Source: a virus. Taken from it: 64,000 nucleotides of DNA. The DNA lies in IMG/VR virus record IMGVR_UViG_3300032087_004567. The stretch is one strand, 5' to 3'. Position 1 is the first letter of the stretch; each line of letters begins with the position of its first letter. The translations under genes and the position numbers were made by a program. The notes under the pieces are model-generated. The model was not told the origin of the DNA, ran no database searches, and saw only the letters and a list, made by a program, of their open reading frames with translations. Of this stretch, positions 38,791 to 47,912 are shown in pieces.

Positions 38791-38960
38791 ATGGGCGGAA
38801 TCCCGGTCGGTAATTTTTTTCGAGACGAGATCAGGTACCTGTATGATATAGCACGAGGTCTGGTTTACTATACTAAACGTTCCAAAACCCCGGTAGGAAA
38901 TCCCCCTTACAATTCCTAACAAAGGGATTCTAAAAAAATTTCGCGCGTGAAAATTACAGT

Positions 38961-39116
38961 TTAAAGTTTTTTGGAAGATAGTTTATCCACTATGGCCTTT
39001 TGACTATCAATTAATAGCTTTTGATTGATTAGCCTTTCACCTTGTTCCTCTATGTCCTTTTGTTGTTTCTTTATTTCCTTTATCTGTATACCGACAATGG
39101 TATTAGATGAATCCAT
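38961..39116 (-). CDS. small coiled-coil protein (51 aa, not in the ORF track)
   Basis: MDSSNTIVGIQIKEIKKQQK...; follows the 39121-39297 ORF. Confidence 0.45.
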   Translation of the reverse strand: MDSSNTIVGIQIKEIKKQQKDIEEQGERLINQKLLIDSQKAIVDKLSSKKL

Positions 39117-39120
39117 GGTA

Positions 39121-39297
39121 TTATTGTGGAAGTGGCGGTATCTTTGAACGTGTCTTATCTAAAGGATCTGATCTCAATTTCTTTCCACCATCACCATCGG
39201 CGTCTGCATCACCCTTGCGCAGCTTTCCACTACGTGTAAAATGATAACCCTTTGGTGCTGATTTAACTTCTTTGATAAACTCTTGAAATTTAAGCAT
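39121..39297 (-). CDS. small basic protein with a capsid-targeting-like N-terminus (58 aa, not in the ORF track)
   Basis: MLKFQEFIKE-VKSAPKGYHFTRSGKLRKG...; AAGGA RBS and CTAAATA late-promoter-like site upstream. Confidence 0.65.
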   Translation of the reverse strand: MLKFQEFIKEVKSAPKGYHFTRSGKLRKGDADADGDGGKKLRSDPLDKTRSKIPPLPQ

Positions 39298-39315
39298 AAT
39301 TTATTCCTTTTTTAG

Positions 39316-39344
39316 TGGATTTAATATTTAGGTTATTATATAAT
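39316..39344 (+). promoter_or_regulatory. early sigma70-type promoter
   Basis: TGGATT-N17-TATAAT. Confidence 0.65.
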
Positions 39345-39366
39345 TGTATTATATTAGTTAATTAAG

Positions 39367-39681
39367 GTGAATATTATGCAATTTATGGAAATGGAGAAAT
39401 TTATAGACATCTACCTTGCCAAGTACGGTAAAGATGTCGTGGAAGATGTAGAACGTGATATCTTTCCTATTCGTAACTGTGATCGTCAGGCCGTATATAA
39501 GGCAATTGATGAATTCAATAAACAATATCCTAATTATCGTATTGCACGTGAGGGTTTATTTGATATTGATTACGATTTGAAGTATATACGTGACATTATG
39601 GTTACCTTGGATAATGGTTATTATACCCACGAACCATTATCTGATGAAATGTTTGAAAAATTAGTGGGTTGGAAACGATAA
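39367..39681 (+). CDS. hypothetical protein
   Basis: ORF after the promoter. Confidence 0.6.
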   Translation: MNIMQFMEMEKFIDIYLAKYGKDVVEDVERDIFPIRNCDRQAVYKAIDEFNKQYPNYRIAREGLFDIDYDLKYIRDIMVTLDNGYYTHEPLSDEMFEKLVGWKR

Positions 39682-39746
39682 AAAATTTTGGGGTACCAGT
39701 TCCTTTCAGGAAAAATAGTACCCCGCCTTTCTTTATAGGAGAATAT

Positions 39747-39956
39747 ATGAAAAATAGTTATGATAATATGAATGATAGTTTTAATAAGTTGATTGGTAAA
39801 ATGGATGGTTTGATTGCCAAGTTGGAATTCTTTTCCTATGTGATCATTTTTTGCTGTATATTGTATTCGTTTTATTTGTTTAAAACCGGGTTGGTGTTGG
39901 AGGCCATGTACCACGTGTTGATATCTTTATTTTTATATAATGTGGCAAGAAAATAG
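39747..39956 (+). CDS. small membrane protein
   Basis: AGGAG RBS before MKNSYD; two hydrophobic segments. Confidence 0.55.
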   Translation: MKNSYDNMNDSFNKLIGKMDGLIAKLEFFSYVIIFCCILYSFYLFKTGLVLEAMYHVLISLFLYNVARK

Positions 39957-39985
39957 TTGATTTAATTTATTGATGGGACTATAAT
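39957..39985 (+). promoter_or_regulatory. early sigma70-type promoter
   Basis: TTGATT-N17-TATAAT. Confidence 0.78.
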
Positions 39986-39991
39986 ATTATT

Positions 39992-40174
39992 ATGAATAAG
40001 GAGATAGTAATTATGAATATAGCAAGAATGATAGAAGATAGAATGGAAACTATCTATGGTGATTGTGATAATGTAGAAGAGTTTGTTGCAATGATGACCA
40101 TCAAAGGTGTTGATATGGACTATGTTCGTAATTGGTATTATCAACGTAATAGTGAATTTAACGGAGGGTATTAA
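39992..40174 (+). CDS. hypothetical protein
   Basis: ORF after the promoter. Confidence 0.55.
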   Translation: MNKEIVIMNIARMIEDRMETIYGDCDNVEEFVAMMTIKGVDMDYVRNWYYQRNSEFNGGY

Positions 40175-40176
40175 TT

Positions 40177-41121
40177 ATGGCACATTTGGTTGAATCAATG
40201 GCATATGCCGGTGAGGTTCCATGGCATGGTTTAGGAACAAAGGTCGATTCAAATATATCGGTTAATGGTATGTTGGAAAAGGCCGGATTGAATTGGAATG
40301 TTAAAAAGGTTCCATTGTTTATGGATTGTCCCGATGGAACAAGACGTATGCATTCGAAGATGGCACTTGTACGGGAGAAAGATGGCTTCATGGATGAACT
40401 GTCTACGGTTTCACAAAATTGGAACCCGGTTCAAAACCAGGAGGCCTTTGAATTGTTTGAACCATTTGTTAGGGCCGGTTCTTTGGAAATGCATACGGCC
40501 GGATCCTTGAAAGGTGGAAGAATTGTCTGGGGCCTTGCAAAGATGAAAGATAGCTTTGTGTTACATGGTGATGATGTAACCGATAATTTTATTCTTTTGG
40601 TTAACCCGCACACCTTTGGTGCACGAGTGCACGCACGTTCAACACCAATACGGGTGGTATGTAATAATACATTATCGCTTTCTATCAACCAGGTTGCCAA
40701 GAATGAGGCCTACCAAACACATAAGAAACCATTTGACTTGGAGGAAATGGTTGAGGCAATGAATATGTGCACCGAGGAGTTTAAGTCCTATCGTGATGCG
40801 GCCAACTTTATTTCTAGTATTCAGTATACCGATAAAAAGGTTAAGGAATATTTTGATAAAGTGTTTCCAACCTTCTCTAAAACAGAAACTAAATCTTCAA
40901 AGCTTGCACAAAAGTGTTTTGAGGTACTAGAGACCCAACCAGGATCTGAATATGGTAAAAATACTTGGTGGCAGGCCTTTAATGCAGTTACCTTTATTTC
41001 CGATCATAAGGCCAATGTAGATGTTGATAGAAGAATTACCTCTACCTGGTTTGGTCAAAATAGTAAGCGTAAGCAAAAGGCATTAGACCTTGCCGTTAAG
41101 TATGCAGAGGTGGCCTTATGA
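40177..41121 (+). CDS. DUF932/DUF945 phage-plasmid protein (TIGR03299-like)
   Basis: MAYAGEVPWHGLG, PVQN, HTAGSLKGG, TPIRVVCNNTL, TWWQAFNAVT. Confidence 0.88.
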   Translation: MAHLVESMAYAGEVPWHGLGTKVDSNISVNGMLEKAGLNWNVKKVPLFMDCPDGTRRMHSKMALVREKDGFMDELSTVSQNWNPVQNQEAFELFEPFVRAGSLEMHTAGSLKGGRIVWGLAKMKDSFVLHGDDVTDNFILLVNPHTFGARVHARSTPIRVVCNNTLSLSINQVAKNEAYQTHKKPFDLEEMVEAMNMCTEEFKSYRDAANFISSIQYTDKKVKEYFDKVFPTFSKTETKSSKLAQKCFEVLETQPGSEYGKNTWWQAFNAVTFISDHKANVDVDRRITSTWFGQNSKRKQKALDLAVKYAEVAL

Positions 41122-41150
41122 TTATTCTTGATGCCATATATACTACGTTA

Positions 41151-41179
41151 TTGATTTTTATTATGGGTTATTTTATAAT
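41151..41179 (+). promoter_or_regulatory. early sigma70-type promoter
   Basis: TTGATT-N17-TATAAT. Confidence 0.75.
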
Positions 41180-41194
41180 TGAATTAGTACGGAG

Positions 41195-41413
41195 GTGATA
41201 ATGGGATTTTTTTCTGATATGGATATAGAGTTAAAGAAATGCGATGTGTCGGATAAGGCACATCGTGTTCTAGAGGAAAATGGTTTTAAACGTGGTAGTG
41301 AAGAATATTCTAAAGCGTTTAAACATTGGTTCGATTCAAAGTATCAATTTGAAGAGGCCGATTATTTTAAACATAGATTAGAAGATAGATTGAATAGAGG
41401 TGATAATGGGTAA
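41195..41413 (+). CDS. early hypothetical protein
   Basis: GGAGG RBS; MGFFSDMDIE N-terminus. Confidence 0.65.
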   Translation: MIMGFFSDMDIELKKCDVSDKAHRVLEENGFKRGSEEYSKAFKHWFDSKYQFEEADYFKHRLEDRLNRGDNG

Positions 41414-41493
41414 ATTTAATTTTTATAAGGCGGTTAATGTATATTGTTTTATTATGATATGGTCTGCAGCATTTTATTTAATAGGTAAGTACT

Positions 41494-42228
41494 TTGGATA
41501 ATTACGGTTATATTGATAATGTATTTAATGATAAGGATTATTCTAATTTTAAATTTTTAACTAATCTTCATCCTTACGAAACCGGATATCATAAAGATTA
41601 TCAAAAACGAATAAATGGTATACATCCTATCGGATGGGAATATTCAATGGATATTAACCAACCTGGAATTCCAGGTACATATTATGATAGTAAATGTACA
41701 CCACAGGTTGATATGAGACATACTATATCTAGTTTCTTCAGCCCTAAATCAGATATGTTTCCTATCCATAATTTTTTCTTACAGAAAATACTAAACGAAC
41801 ATTTTCCACAATTTAAAGATTGGATTGTTGGTAGAATAAAGCTTAACCTTCAACTAAAAGATACTACATTTCCAGATGACTCGTATGGTGTACCCCATAT
41901 CGATCACCATTTTGTTGCACCTGATGGTAGTTTAAGTAATGAAACACATTTATCAATAACATATTTCTTAAGTGATTCAGATGGTGACCATTGTGTGTTT
42001 GATGCATCTGATCTATTCTATGAGGATCAAACTAAGCCATTAGATATGTTGGAAAGAATAAAATATAAAAAGAATAGACTTGTTTGGAATACCGGTCTCT
42101 ATCATTCTAATGTGCACGTCAAGGAGCATGATTTTAGATGTGTAGTTAACTATGTTTTATTTCCAGGTGATAGATGGTTTAATAATCAAGAGAAAACTAT
42201 TATAGAAGGTAATAATCTTAAAAAATGA
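41494..42228 (+). CDS. 2OG-Fe(II) oxygenase-like protein
   Basis: RIKLNL, PHID, YFLSDSDGD, KKNRLV...YHS, RCVVN. Confidence 0.72.
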   Translation: MDNYGYIDNVFNDKDYSNFKFLTNLHPYETGYHKDYQKRINGIHPIGWEYSMDINQPGIPGTYYDSKCTPQVDMRHTISSFFSPKSDMFPIHNFFLQKILNEHFPQFKDWIVGRIKLNLQLKDTTFPDDSYGVPHIDHHFVAPDGSLSNETHLSITYFLSDSDGDHCVFDASDLFYEDQTKPLDMLERIKYKKNRLVWNTGLYHSNVHVKEHDFRCVVNYVLFPGDRWFNNQEKTIIEGNNLKK

Positions 42229-42363
42229 AACAATATAGATTAAATTTAGATGTTGATTATATTGGTATAATACTTTATAGTATTAAAACTAATCCAATAA
42301 AATATTTGTTATTATTAAATTTTACTTTATTATTATCTTTATTTTTATTATTAAGGAATTATT

Positions 42364-42951
42364 TTGAATAATGTATATCTATTAGGTCCACATTTTGAGT
42401 TCGATCTTAATTTAGACTTACAACAAATTTTAGCAGTAGTTGTAAAATGGGAACGTTTGTTATTACAATCTGGTATTAATTATGATGAAGGTAATAAACG
42501 TTTTGATAACGGTTCATTAACTACTGCCTATCATAATCACTTTAATCTTCTAACGTACACTGATCCTATTATTATAAAGTTATACAATAGATTAAGGGAA
42601 GAATCATTTAAAATATTATCTCATTCTGAATGTTATATGATTAAAAGCTGGATTAATATATATAAGCCAGGTGATTATATATCCTATCATGGTCATATGA
42701 CTCCAGACTATGATGCAATATACGGACATATAGGTATTAAGAATACTAATAATACATTCACAACATATAAAAATATGGAAACCAATGAAACTGCCGATTG
42801 GGTAAATATGGATGGTAAAGGTCAATTAAGTAGACCTAATCTTACTAGACATAGATCTTGGCCTCAAGATTCAGAAAGAGTTACTATCGGCTTTGATGTT
42901 ATTAACGTTAAACATATTAAGGAAAGAACAAACTATTGGGTGCCATTATGA
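42364..42951 (+). CDS. 2OG-Fe(II) oxygenase-like protein
   Basis: SWINIY, YHGH, RHRS, RVTIGFDV. Confidence 0.7.
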   Translation: MNNVYLLGPHFEFDLNLDLQQILAVVVKWERLLLQSGINYDEGNKRFDNGSLTTAYHNHFNLLTYTDPIIIKLYNRLREESFKILSHSECYMIKSWINIYKPGDYISYHGHMTPDYDAIYGHIGIKNTNNTFTTYKNMETNETADWVNMDGKGQLSRPNLTRHRSWPQDSERVTIGFDVINVKHIKERTNYWVPL

Positions 42952-42981
42952 CATATTTTTTTAAAATAGAGGAACACAATT

Positions 42982-43221
42982 ATGAGATTAGTAAAATTAT
43001 TATTAATTGTACTATGTTTTTCAGTTTTAGCGAAGGAGATCGATTGGAAAGAGATCGATTTACCACCTTTACCTTCTGATAGAATGTGGTGTTTGTGGAC
43101 AAGTTATGAAAACATAACTGATTATGTTTACATGTGCACATACACTTGTGAGAACGGAATGTTGTTAAACATTCCTGGGGATGGAAACTGTGCTAGAGCT
43201 GTTAAAGAGGATAGATGGTAA
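42982..43221 (+). CDS. small secreted Cys-rich protein
   Basis: Signal peptide plus a CTYTC motif. Confidence 0.55.
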   Translation: MRLVKLLLIVLCFSVLAKEIDWKEIDLPPLPSDRMWCLWTSYENITDYVYMCTYTCENGMLLNIPGDGNCARAVKEDRW

Positions 43222-43445
43222 TGAGAGATAAATTTAGAATTATTGTAGATAAACTTGAAAAGTGGCTAACACCTCTTACTAAAGATGGACAAGTTGATAA
43301 TCATTTTTTGATTTCTTTTTGTAAATCAGCAGTAAGAATAATTGCAGGGTTTTTACTTATGTGTGCTGGTAATGTATGGTTAGTATTCGCCGGCTTTTTA
43401 TTCATATTTGCTGAACTTTTAGGAATTGCCGAAGAGATAGCTTAA
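43215..43445 (+). CDS. small membrane protein
   Basis: HFLISFCKSAVRI...AELLGIAEE. Confidence 0.65.
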   Translation: MVMRDKFRIIVDKLEKWLTPLTKDGQVDNHFLISFCKSAVRIIAGFLLMCAGNVWLVFAGFLFIFAELLGIAEEIA

Positions 43446-43447
43446 CG

Positions 43448-43455
43448 TATAAATA
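43448..43455 (+). promoter_or_regulatory. gp55-type late promoter
   Basis: TATAAATA ahead of the His-rich cluster. Confidence 0.7.
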
Positions 43456-43482
43456 ATTATACTTTATAAAGGGTATAATAAA

Positions 43483-43737
43483 ATGAAAAAATTTAATCAA
43501 TACGTAAAAGAAGATTTAGATTTAATCTTAGAGTTTAATAAGGTTGCAATGAGTGCAGCTAAAGATGCAATTGCAAAGAAGATGAGCCATAAACAAGCAC
43601 AAGACCATGTTCATAATACAGTAATGAAGCATAGTAAGTCTAAGTCACCACAAGGTGCAGGTGGTGCTGTTTCAAGGATAAGAATCAATCAAGCATTAGA
43701 TAAGGCTGACGATCATTTAGCTAAGCATTATGGCTGA
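43483..43737 (+). CDS. basic putative internal head protein
   Basis: MKKFNQYVKE capsid-targeting-like N-terminus; K/H-rich. Confidence 0.55.
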   Translation: MKKFNQYVKEDLDLILEFNKVAMSAAKDAIAKKMSHKQAQDHVHNTVMKHSKSKSPQGAGGAVSRIRINQALDKADDHLAKHYG

Positions 43738-44518
43738 TTTTGATCTTGCTTATATTAATAAGATAACCAAGACAGTAGCCAATTTATTTCTTAAACAATC
43801 TGACGTTGGTAATAATTTAAGTGCAAAACATAAGCATAGTATTCAACATGCAGTCAATGATAGATTTTTTGGTGTAGATGACCATACACATATTGGTAAA
43901 AATAGTTCATCTAATATTACAAGTCAGGAAATTAATGCTGCTATAGATTTTTATAAGAAAGCAAATTCTGAATCATTTAAATACATTTATGATTATAGAT
44001 TTAATGTTCAAGGTATTGGAAGAGGTGAGTTTTTTATTTTTCTTTTATATGATAAAGCAAGACTAGGGGGATCAGGTGCCGCAGCTGCTGATATAAGTGT
44101 TGGTAGTAAGACATATGAAGTAAAAGAAGTACCAATTAATAGTAGAAAGCTAATTTCTAATCTAAAGACTGGTGGCGGTGGTGATAATTTTGAATACTCA
44201 AAATATATAAAGAGATTTTATGATATAGGTAAATCATTAGGTTTTGATAAAAGAGCACCTGGTGGTACAGAATTTACTTTAAGAGCAATATCTAGAAAAT
44301 CATTAGAGGAAATGAGAAAAGATAGTAACGTTGCATATATGAGAGCACTCAACGATTTTAAAAAAGATATTGTTAATAGTTATTTTAAAGGTCATCCTAT
44401 TATTTGGATGGATAAAAATAAAGAACGTTGTATTGATGTAGTTGAAATAACTGAGAAGCATATCCCAGATATTCAAGTAATTACACAAAGTATAATAAAA
44501 CCATTTATTCAGTTATAA
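43730..44518 (+). CDS. putative PD-(D/E)xK endonuclease
   Basis: GRGEFF...ADISVG.KTYEVKE catalytic-type pattern. Confidence 0.5.
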   Translation: MADFDLAYINKITKTVANLFLKQSDVGNNLSAKHKHSIQHAVNDRFFGVDDHTHIGKNSSSNITSQEINAAIDFYKKANSESFKYIYDYRFNVQGIGRGEFFIFLLYDKARLGGSGAAAADISVGSKTYEVKEVPINSRKLISNLKTGGGGDNFEYSKYIKRFYDIGKSLGFDKRAPGGTEFTLRAISRKSLEEMRKDSNVAYMRALNDFKKDIVNSYFKGHPIIWMDKNKERCIDVVEITEKHIPDIQVITQSIIKPFIQL

Positions 44519-44520
44519 GT

Positions 44521-45714
44521 ATGTTAAATTTTAAATTTTTTCTTACAGAGGCAGTATCAAATGAATCTAAATTAACACATTTAGAGCATGCTGAAGATCA
44601 TGTAATTAATTCTGGTGAGAAAGGATTCTCTCATGCATTTCATAATTTAAAAGATGTGCATGATAAGCTATCTGGTAAACATAACAATACAACTATTACA
44701 TCAAAATACGATGGTAGTCCTTCTATTGTATTTGGACATCATCCTAAAACAAAAAAGTTCTTTGTAGGAACTAAATCAGTATTTAATAAAGATCCAAAAA
44801 TTAATCATACAAATGATGACGTAGATAAAAATCATGGACATGCACCTGCACTTGCACATAAATTAAAACATGCATTAAAACATCTACCAAAAGTTACCCC
44901 TAAAGGTAAAATATATCAAGCTGATCTAATGCATCATGGTGTTAAATCAGATACTAACAAACATGGAGATGTGGAGCATAGACATGGTAAACTTCATTTT
45001 AAGCCTAATACCATTAGTTATAGTACTCATAGTCATAGTGATGAAGGAAAGAAAATAAGTAAGTCAAAGATTGGAATAGTACCTCATACAGAATATAAAG
45101 GTCATGATTTAACTTCGATGAAAGCACATTATAATGCTGATGTATCTAAGATGCATAGTCATGAACATGTTCATGTAATATCACCACACTTTGATCATAA
45201 GAAGGTAAAGTATACAGAAGAACATAAAAAAGCATTTCATAAACATTTGAATGCTGCAACAAAGAGTTTTAATAATGCACATAGAGATTTTCATAAGCAT
45301 GTTGAACCACATACAACACATTTAAAGACATATATTAATCATACTATACGTCATGATACTAAACCAAATATTAACGGATATAAGAATCATTTAAGTAGAC
45401 ATTATAATAAAAAAGCAGATGCTGTAAAAACAGATGCTGCAAAACAACGACATCTTAACGTATTAGGCCAACATCATGCACATGTAGATAAACATGTTAA
45501 TCATTTCAAATCTACATTAAGTATGCATCATCATTTACAACATGCAAAGAATACATTAGTAAACGCACTTAACTCTCATACTAAATACCATCATCATATT
45601 GCTGGTATTAAGACTAAACCAGAAGGATATGTTGTTTCTCGAAATAATAGACCTACTAAATTAGTACATAGACATGAGTTTTCTAGGGCAAATTTTTTAA
45701 GACAAAGTAGTTGA
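44521..45714 (+). CDS. His-rich ligase-like nucleotidyltransferase (DUF6267-like)
   Basis: HLEHAED, KYDGSP (motif I KxDG), YQADL, PEGYVV, KLV.R.EFSRANF; about 60 His in 397 aa. Confidence 0.65.
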   Translation: MLNFKFFLTEAVSNESKLTHLEHAEDHVINSGEKGFSHAFHNLKDVHDKLSGKHNNTTITSKYDGSPSIVFGHHPKTKKFFVGTKSVFNKDPKINHTNDDVDKNHGHAPALAHKLKHALKHLPKVTPKGKIYQADLMHHGVKSDTNKHGDVEHRHGKLHFKPNTISYSTHSHSDEGKKISKSKIGIVPHTEYKGHDLTSMKAHYNADVSKMHSHEHVHVISPHFDHKKVKYTEEHKKAFHKHLNAATKSFNNAHRDFHKHVEPHTTHLKTYINHTIRHDTKPNINGYKNHLSRHYNKKADAVKTDAAKQRHLNVLGQHHAHVDKHVNHFKSTLSMHHHLQHAKNTLVNALNSHTKYHHHIAGIKTKPEGYVVSRNNRPTKLVHRHEFSRANFLRQSS

Positions 45715-45739
45715 TTTAATTTAGGAATTATCATATAAT
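45711..45739 (+). promoter_or_regulatory. early sigma70-type promoter
   Basis: TTGATT-N17-TATAAT. Confidence 0.75.
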
Positions 45740-45745
45740 AATAAT

Positions 45746-46369
45746 ATGAAGACTTTAAAAGAATTTAGACAACAATTACAAGAAAAGGTAAAGTCACTTC
45801 ATGCATTTGACTTAGATGATACTGTATTTAAAAGTCCTCATCTTAAAGTACATGTTAAAAACGAACATGGTAAAAGAGTTAAATCATTAGATACACATCA
45901 ATTTAGTCATCATAGTCAAAAGCCTTTACCTAAAGGTCATAAGTATGACTTTAGTGATTTTGCATCATCAAAGAAATTTCATCAGCATGCAAAACCTATT
46001 CATAAAATGATTAGTAGAATGAGATTGCATACTGCAAATAAAAATAGTAAAGTTATTATTAGTACTGCAAGAGCTAATATGGATGATAAGCATAAGTTTT
46101 TACACACTCTTAAAAAACATGGTATTAATACTAAAAAAGTTCATGTAGTTAGACATGGAGATATGAAAGGTGGTTCTACTGGTGAAAAGAAAAGACTTAC
46201 CTTTAGTGGATATATTAAAAAGCATAAAGTAAAGGATGCACATTTTTACGATGATGATAAGAATAATTTAAAGCATGTTTTATCATTAAAGAAAAAACAT
46301 CCCAATACTAGAATTTATGGCCATCATGCACAATCAGATGGCTCAACAAAACCTTATAGTGGAGATTAG
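45746..46369 (+). CDS. His-rich HAD-family phosphatase
   Basis: AFDLDDTVF, ISTAR, K, FYDD motifs; MKTLKEF N-terminus; about 23 His in 207 aa. Confidence 0.7.
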   Translation: MKTLKEFRQQLQEKVKSLHAFDLDDTVFKSPHLKVHVKNEHGKRVKSLDTHQFSHHSQKPLPKGHKYDFSDFASSKKFHQHAKPIHKMISRMRLHTANKNSKVIISTARANMDDKHKFLHTLKKHGINTKKVHVVRHGDMKGGSTGEKKRLTFSGYIKKHKVKDAHFYDDDKNNLKHVLSLKKKHPNTRIYGHHAQSDGSTKPYSGD

Positions 46370-46372
46370 ATT

Positions 46373-46519
46373 ATGGCAAAAAAATTTGGTGTTACAGTAG
46401 TAATTGATCACGTAAAAAAGAAAACAAGTATTAGTGGTAATCATAGTATGTGTAAAACAGCTACTATGAATAAAAGTAAAAAACGTAGTTATAAAAGATA
46501 TAGAGGACAAGGTAGATAA
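46373..46519 (+). CDS. conserved small basic T4-like protein (48 aa, not in the ORF track)
   Basis: KKTS.G...NKSKKRSYKRYRGQGR, next to the PAAR gene. Confidence 0.7.
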   Translation: MAKKFGVTVVIDHVKKKTSISGNHSMCKTATMNKSKKRSYKRYRGQGR

Positions 46520-46836
46520 TGCCAGCAGCAGCAAGAGCAGATGGAGTTGATTCAGTAGATAGCCCAGATGGAACTGGTGATAAATGTTTATCACCTACAA
46601 CCCAGGCAACCGATACAGGATCAGGAGATGTGTTTATAAACGGACATGGTGCAATACGATTATTAACAGATAGTTGTACACCTCATTCAGGTCCAGGTTG
46701 TGTAACGCATGCACCAGTACTTACTTCAGCTAGTCCAAACGTTTATGTTAATGGTAAAGGTGCTGGTAGAAAAGATGATCAATATGCAGCACATGTTATT
46801 ACAACTGGATCAGGAGATGTGTTTATAAATGGCTAG
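46519..46836 (+). CDS. PAAR-repeat spike tip protein (gp5.4-like)
   Basis: MPAAAR, GSGDVFING twice, Cys/His metal ligands. Confidence 0.88.
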   Translation: MPAAARADGVDSVDSPDGTGDKCLSPTTQATDTGSGDVFINGHGAIRLLTDSCTPHSGPGCVTHAPVLTSASPNVYVNGKGAGRKDDQYAAHVITTGSGDVFING

Positions 46837-47554
46837 AAATTATCTTAATAATGAATTTATAAAGGTTGTAAGAGGATTTGTACAAGGTGCATATTCTGTA
46901 AATAAGTTTGGTTATAATCCTGCAATTCCAACTAATGCATTTGAAACAGTTTGGGATGGATCAAATTTATACACTTACATTTCAACAGCTAGTACAGCAA
47001 CTGTTACTTCGTCTAATACAGCTGCCGATAATGGTGGTACAGTTAAAGTTTCTGGTTTAGATGCTAACTATAATTTAGTAGATGAAGTATTAACTATTGG
47101 TGGTGCTGCTGGATCAATTAATTTTTATAGAGTTTTCAGAGTAGAACTGTTATCATCTACTACGGCTGATACAAATGTTGGTACACTTACTGTTACTGTT
47201 GATAGTATAGCGGCTGCTATTGTGAGTCCTGAAAGAGGCCAAACATTAATGGCATTATATACAATTCCTGCTGGTAAAAAAGGTTACATTGTACAATTAG
47301 ATATAGCTAGTAGTGCAAGTGGTGAAATTGATGTGACCTTACTTACGAGAAATGGTTCCAGTAATGTATGGGCAACAAAAGAATTTTTAACCATTAGAGG
47401 TGGTTTTAATGAAAAGAATTTTATATTACCCCTAGAAGTAAATGAAAAGACTGATATAGAAGTAAGAGCTAAATCAAGTGCAACTGCTGCTATAAGTTCA
47501 GGATTTGAAATGATAGTTATAGACGTTCCAGTTGTAGCGCCGAGTATATACTAA
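46829..47554 (+). CDS. putative virion structural protein
   Basis: VNKFGYN, ETVWDG, GQTLMALYTIPAGK, EKTDIEVRA. Confidence 0.6.
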   Translation: MARNYLNNEFIKVVRGFVQGAYSVNKFGYNPAIPTNAFETVWDGSNLYTYISTASTATVTSSNTAADNGGTVKVSGLDANYNLVDEVLTIGGAAGSINFYRVFRVELLSSTTADTNVGTLTVTVDSIAAAIVSPERGQTLMALYTIPAGKKGYIVQLDIASSASGEIDVTLLTRNGSSNVWATKEFLTIRGGFNEKNFILPLEVNEKTDIEVRAKSSATAAISSGFEMIVIDVPVVAPSIY

Positions 47555-47856
47555 TGAAACCAGGAACAGATTTTTTAAGAAATTTAGCAGTAGCATGTGT
47601 ACCTTTACTTCTTGCTGCACTAGGCTATCTTTTTACTAATGCATTAACATTACATGATAAAGTAAGAGTATTAGAACAAAAGATGTCAATACTAATTGAT
47701 ATGGATAATAAGATTATTCCATCACCTGGTAATGCTATTGCAAGATTAGAATTAAAAGAACAATTATTGATAGAAAAAAATGAGATTGATAAGAGAATTC
47801 ATATCTTAGAATATCATATCGATAAATTGTTAAAGGAGAAAGACTCTAAAGAGTAG
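47554..47856 (+). CDS. membrane-anchored coiled-coil protein
   Basis: N-terminal TM helix. Confidence 0.55.
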   Translation: MKPGTDFLRNLAVACVPLLLAALGYLFTNALTLHDKVRVLEQKMSILIDMDNKIIPSPGNAIARLELKEQLLIEKNEIDKRIHILEYHIDKLLKEKDSKE

Positions 47857-47859
47857 AAT

Positions 47860-47867
47860 TATAAATA
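47860..47867 (+). promoter_or_regulatory. gp55-type late promoter
   Basis: TATAAATA. Confidence 0.7.
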
Positions 47868-47912
47868 TAACATACCTAGATGTTAGGCCAAGGCAAACCC
47901 CTAGAGGAAAAT

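Noticed and set aside
38740-38922. 60-aa minus-strand ORF
   Set aside because: It spans a terminator and a GC-rich non-coding segment with no RBS; likely spurious.
44521-46369. His-richness as an artefact of a wrong frame or alternative genetic code
   Set aside because: Catalytic motifs are in the same frame, neighbouring genes have normal composition, and all three stop codons terminate genes normally.
47868-47912. c-di-GMP-I riboswitch suggested by GGCAAACC in the leader
   Set aside because: The leader is too short and lacks the second stem and tetraloop/receptor.
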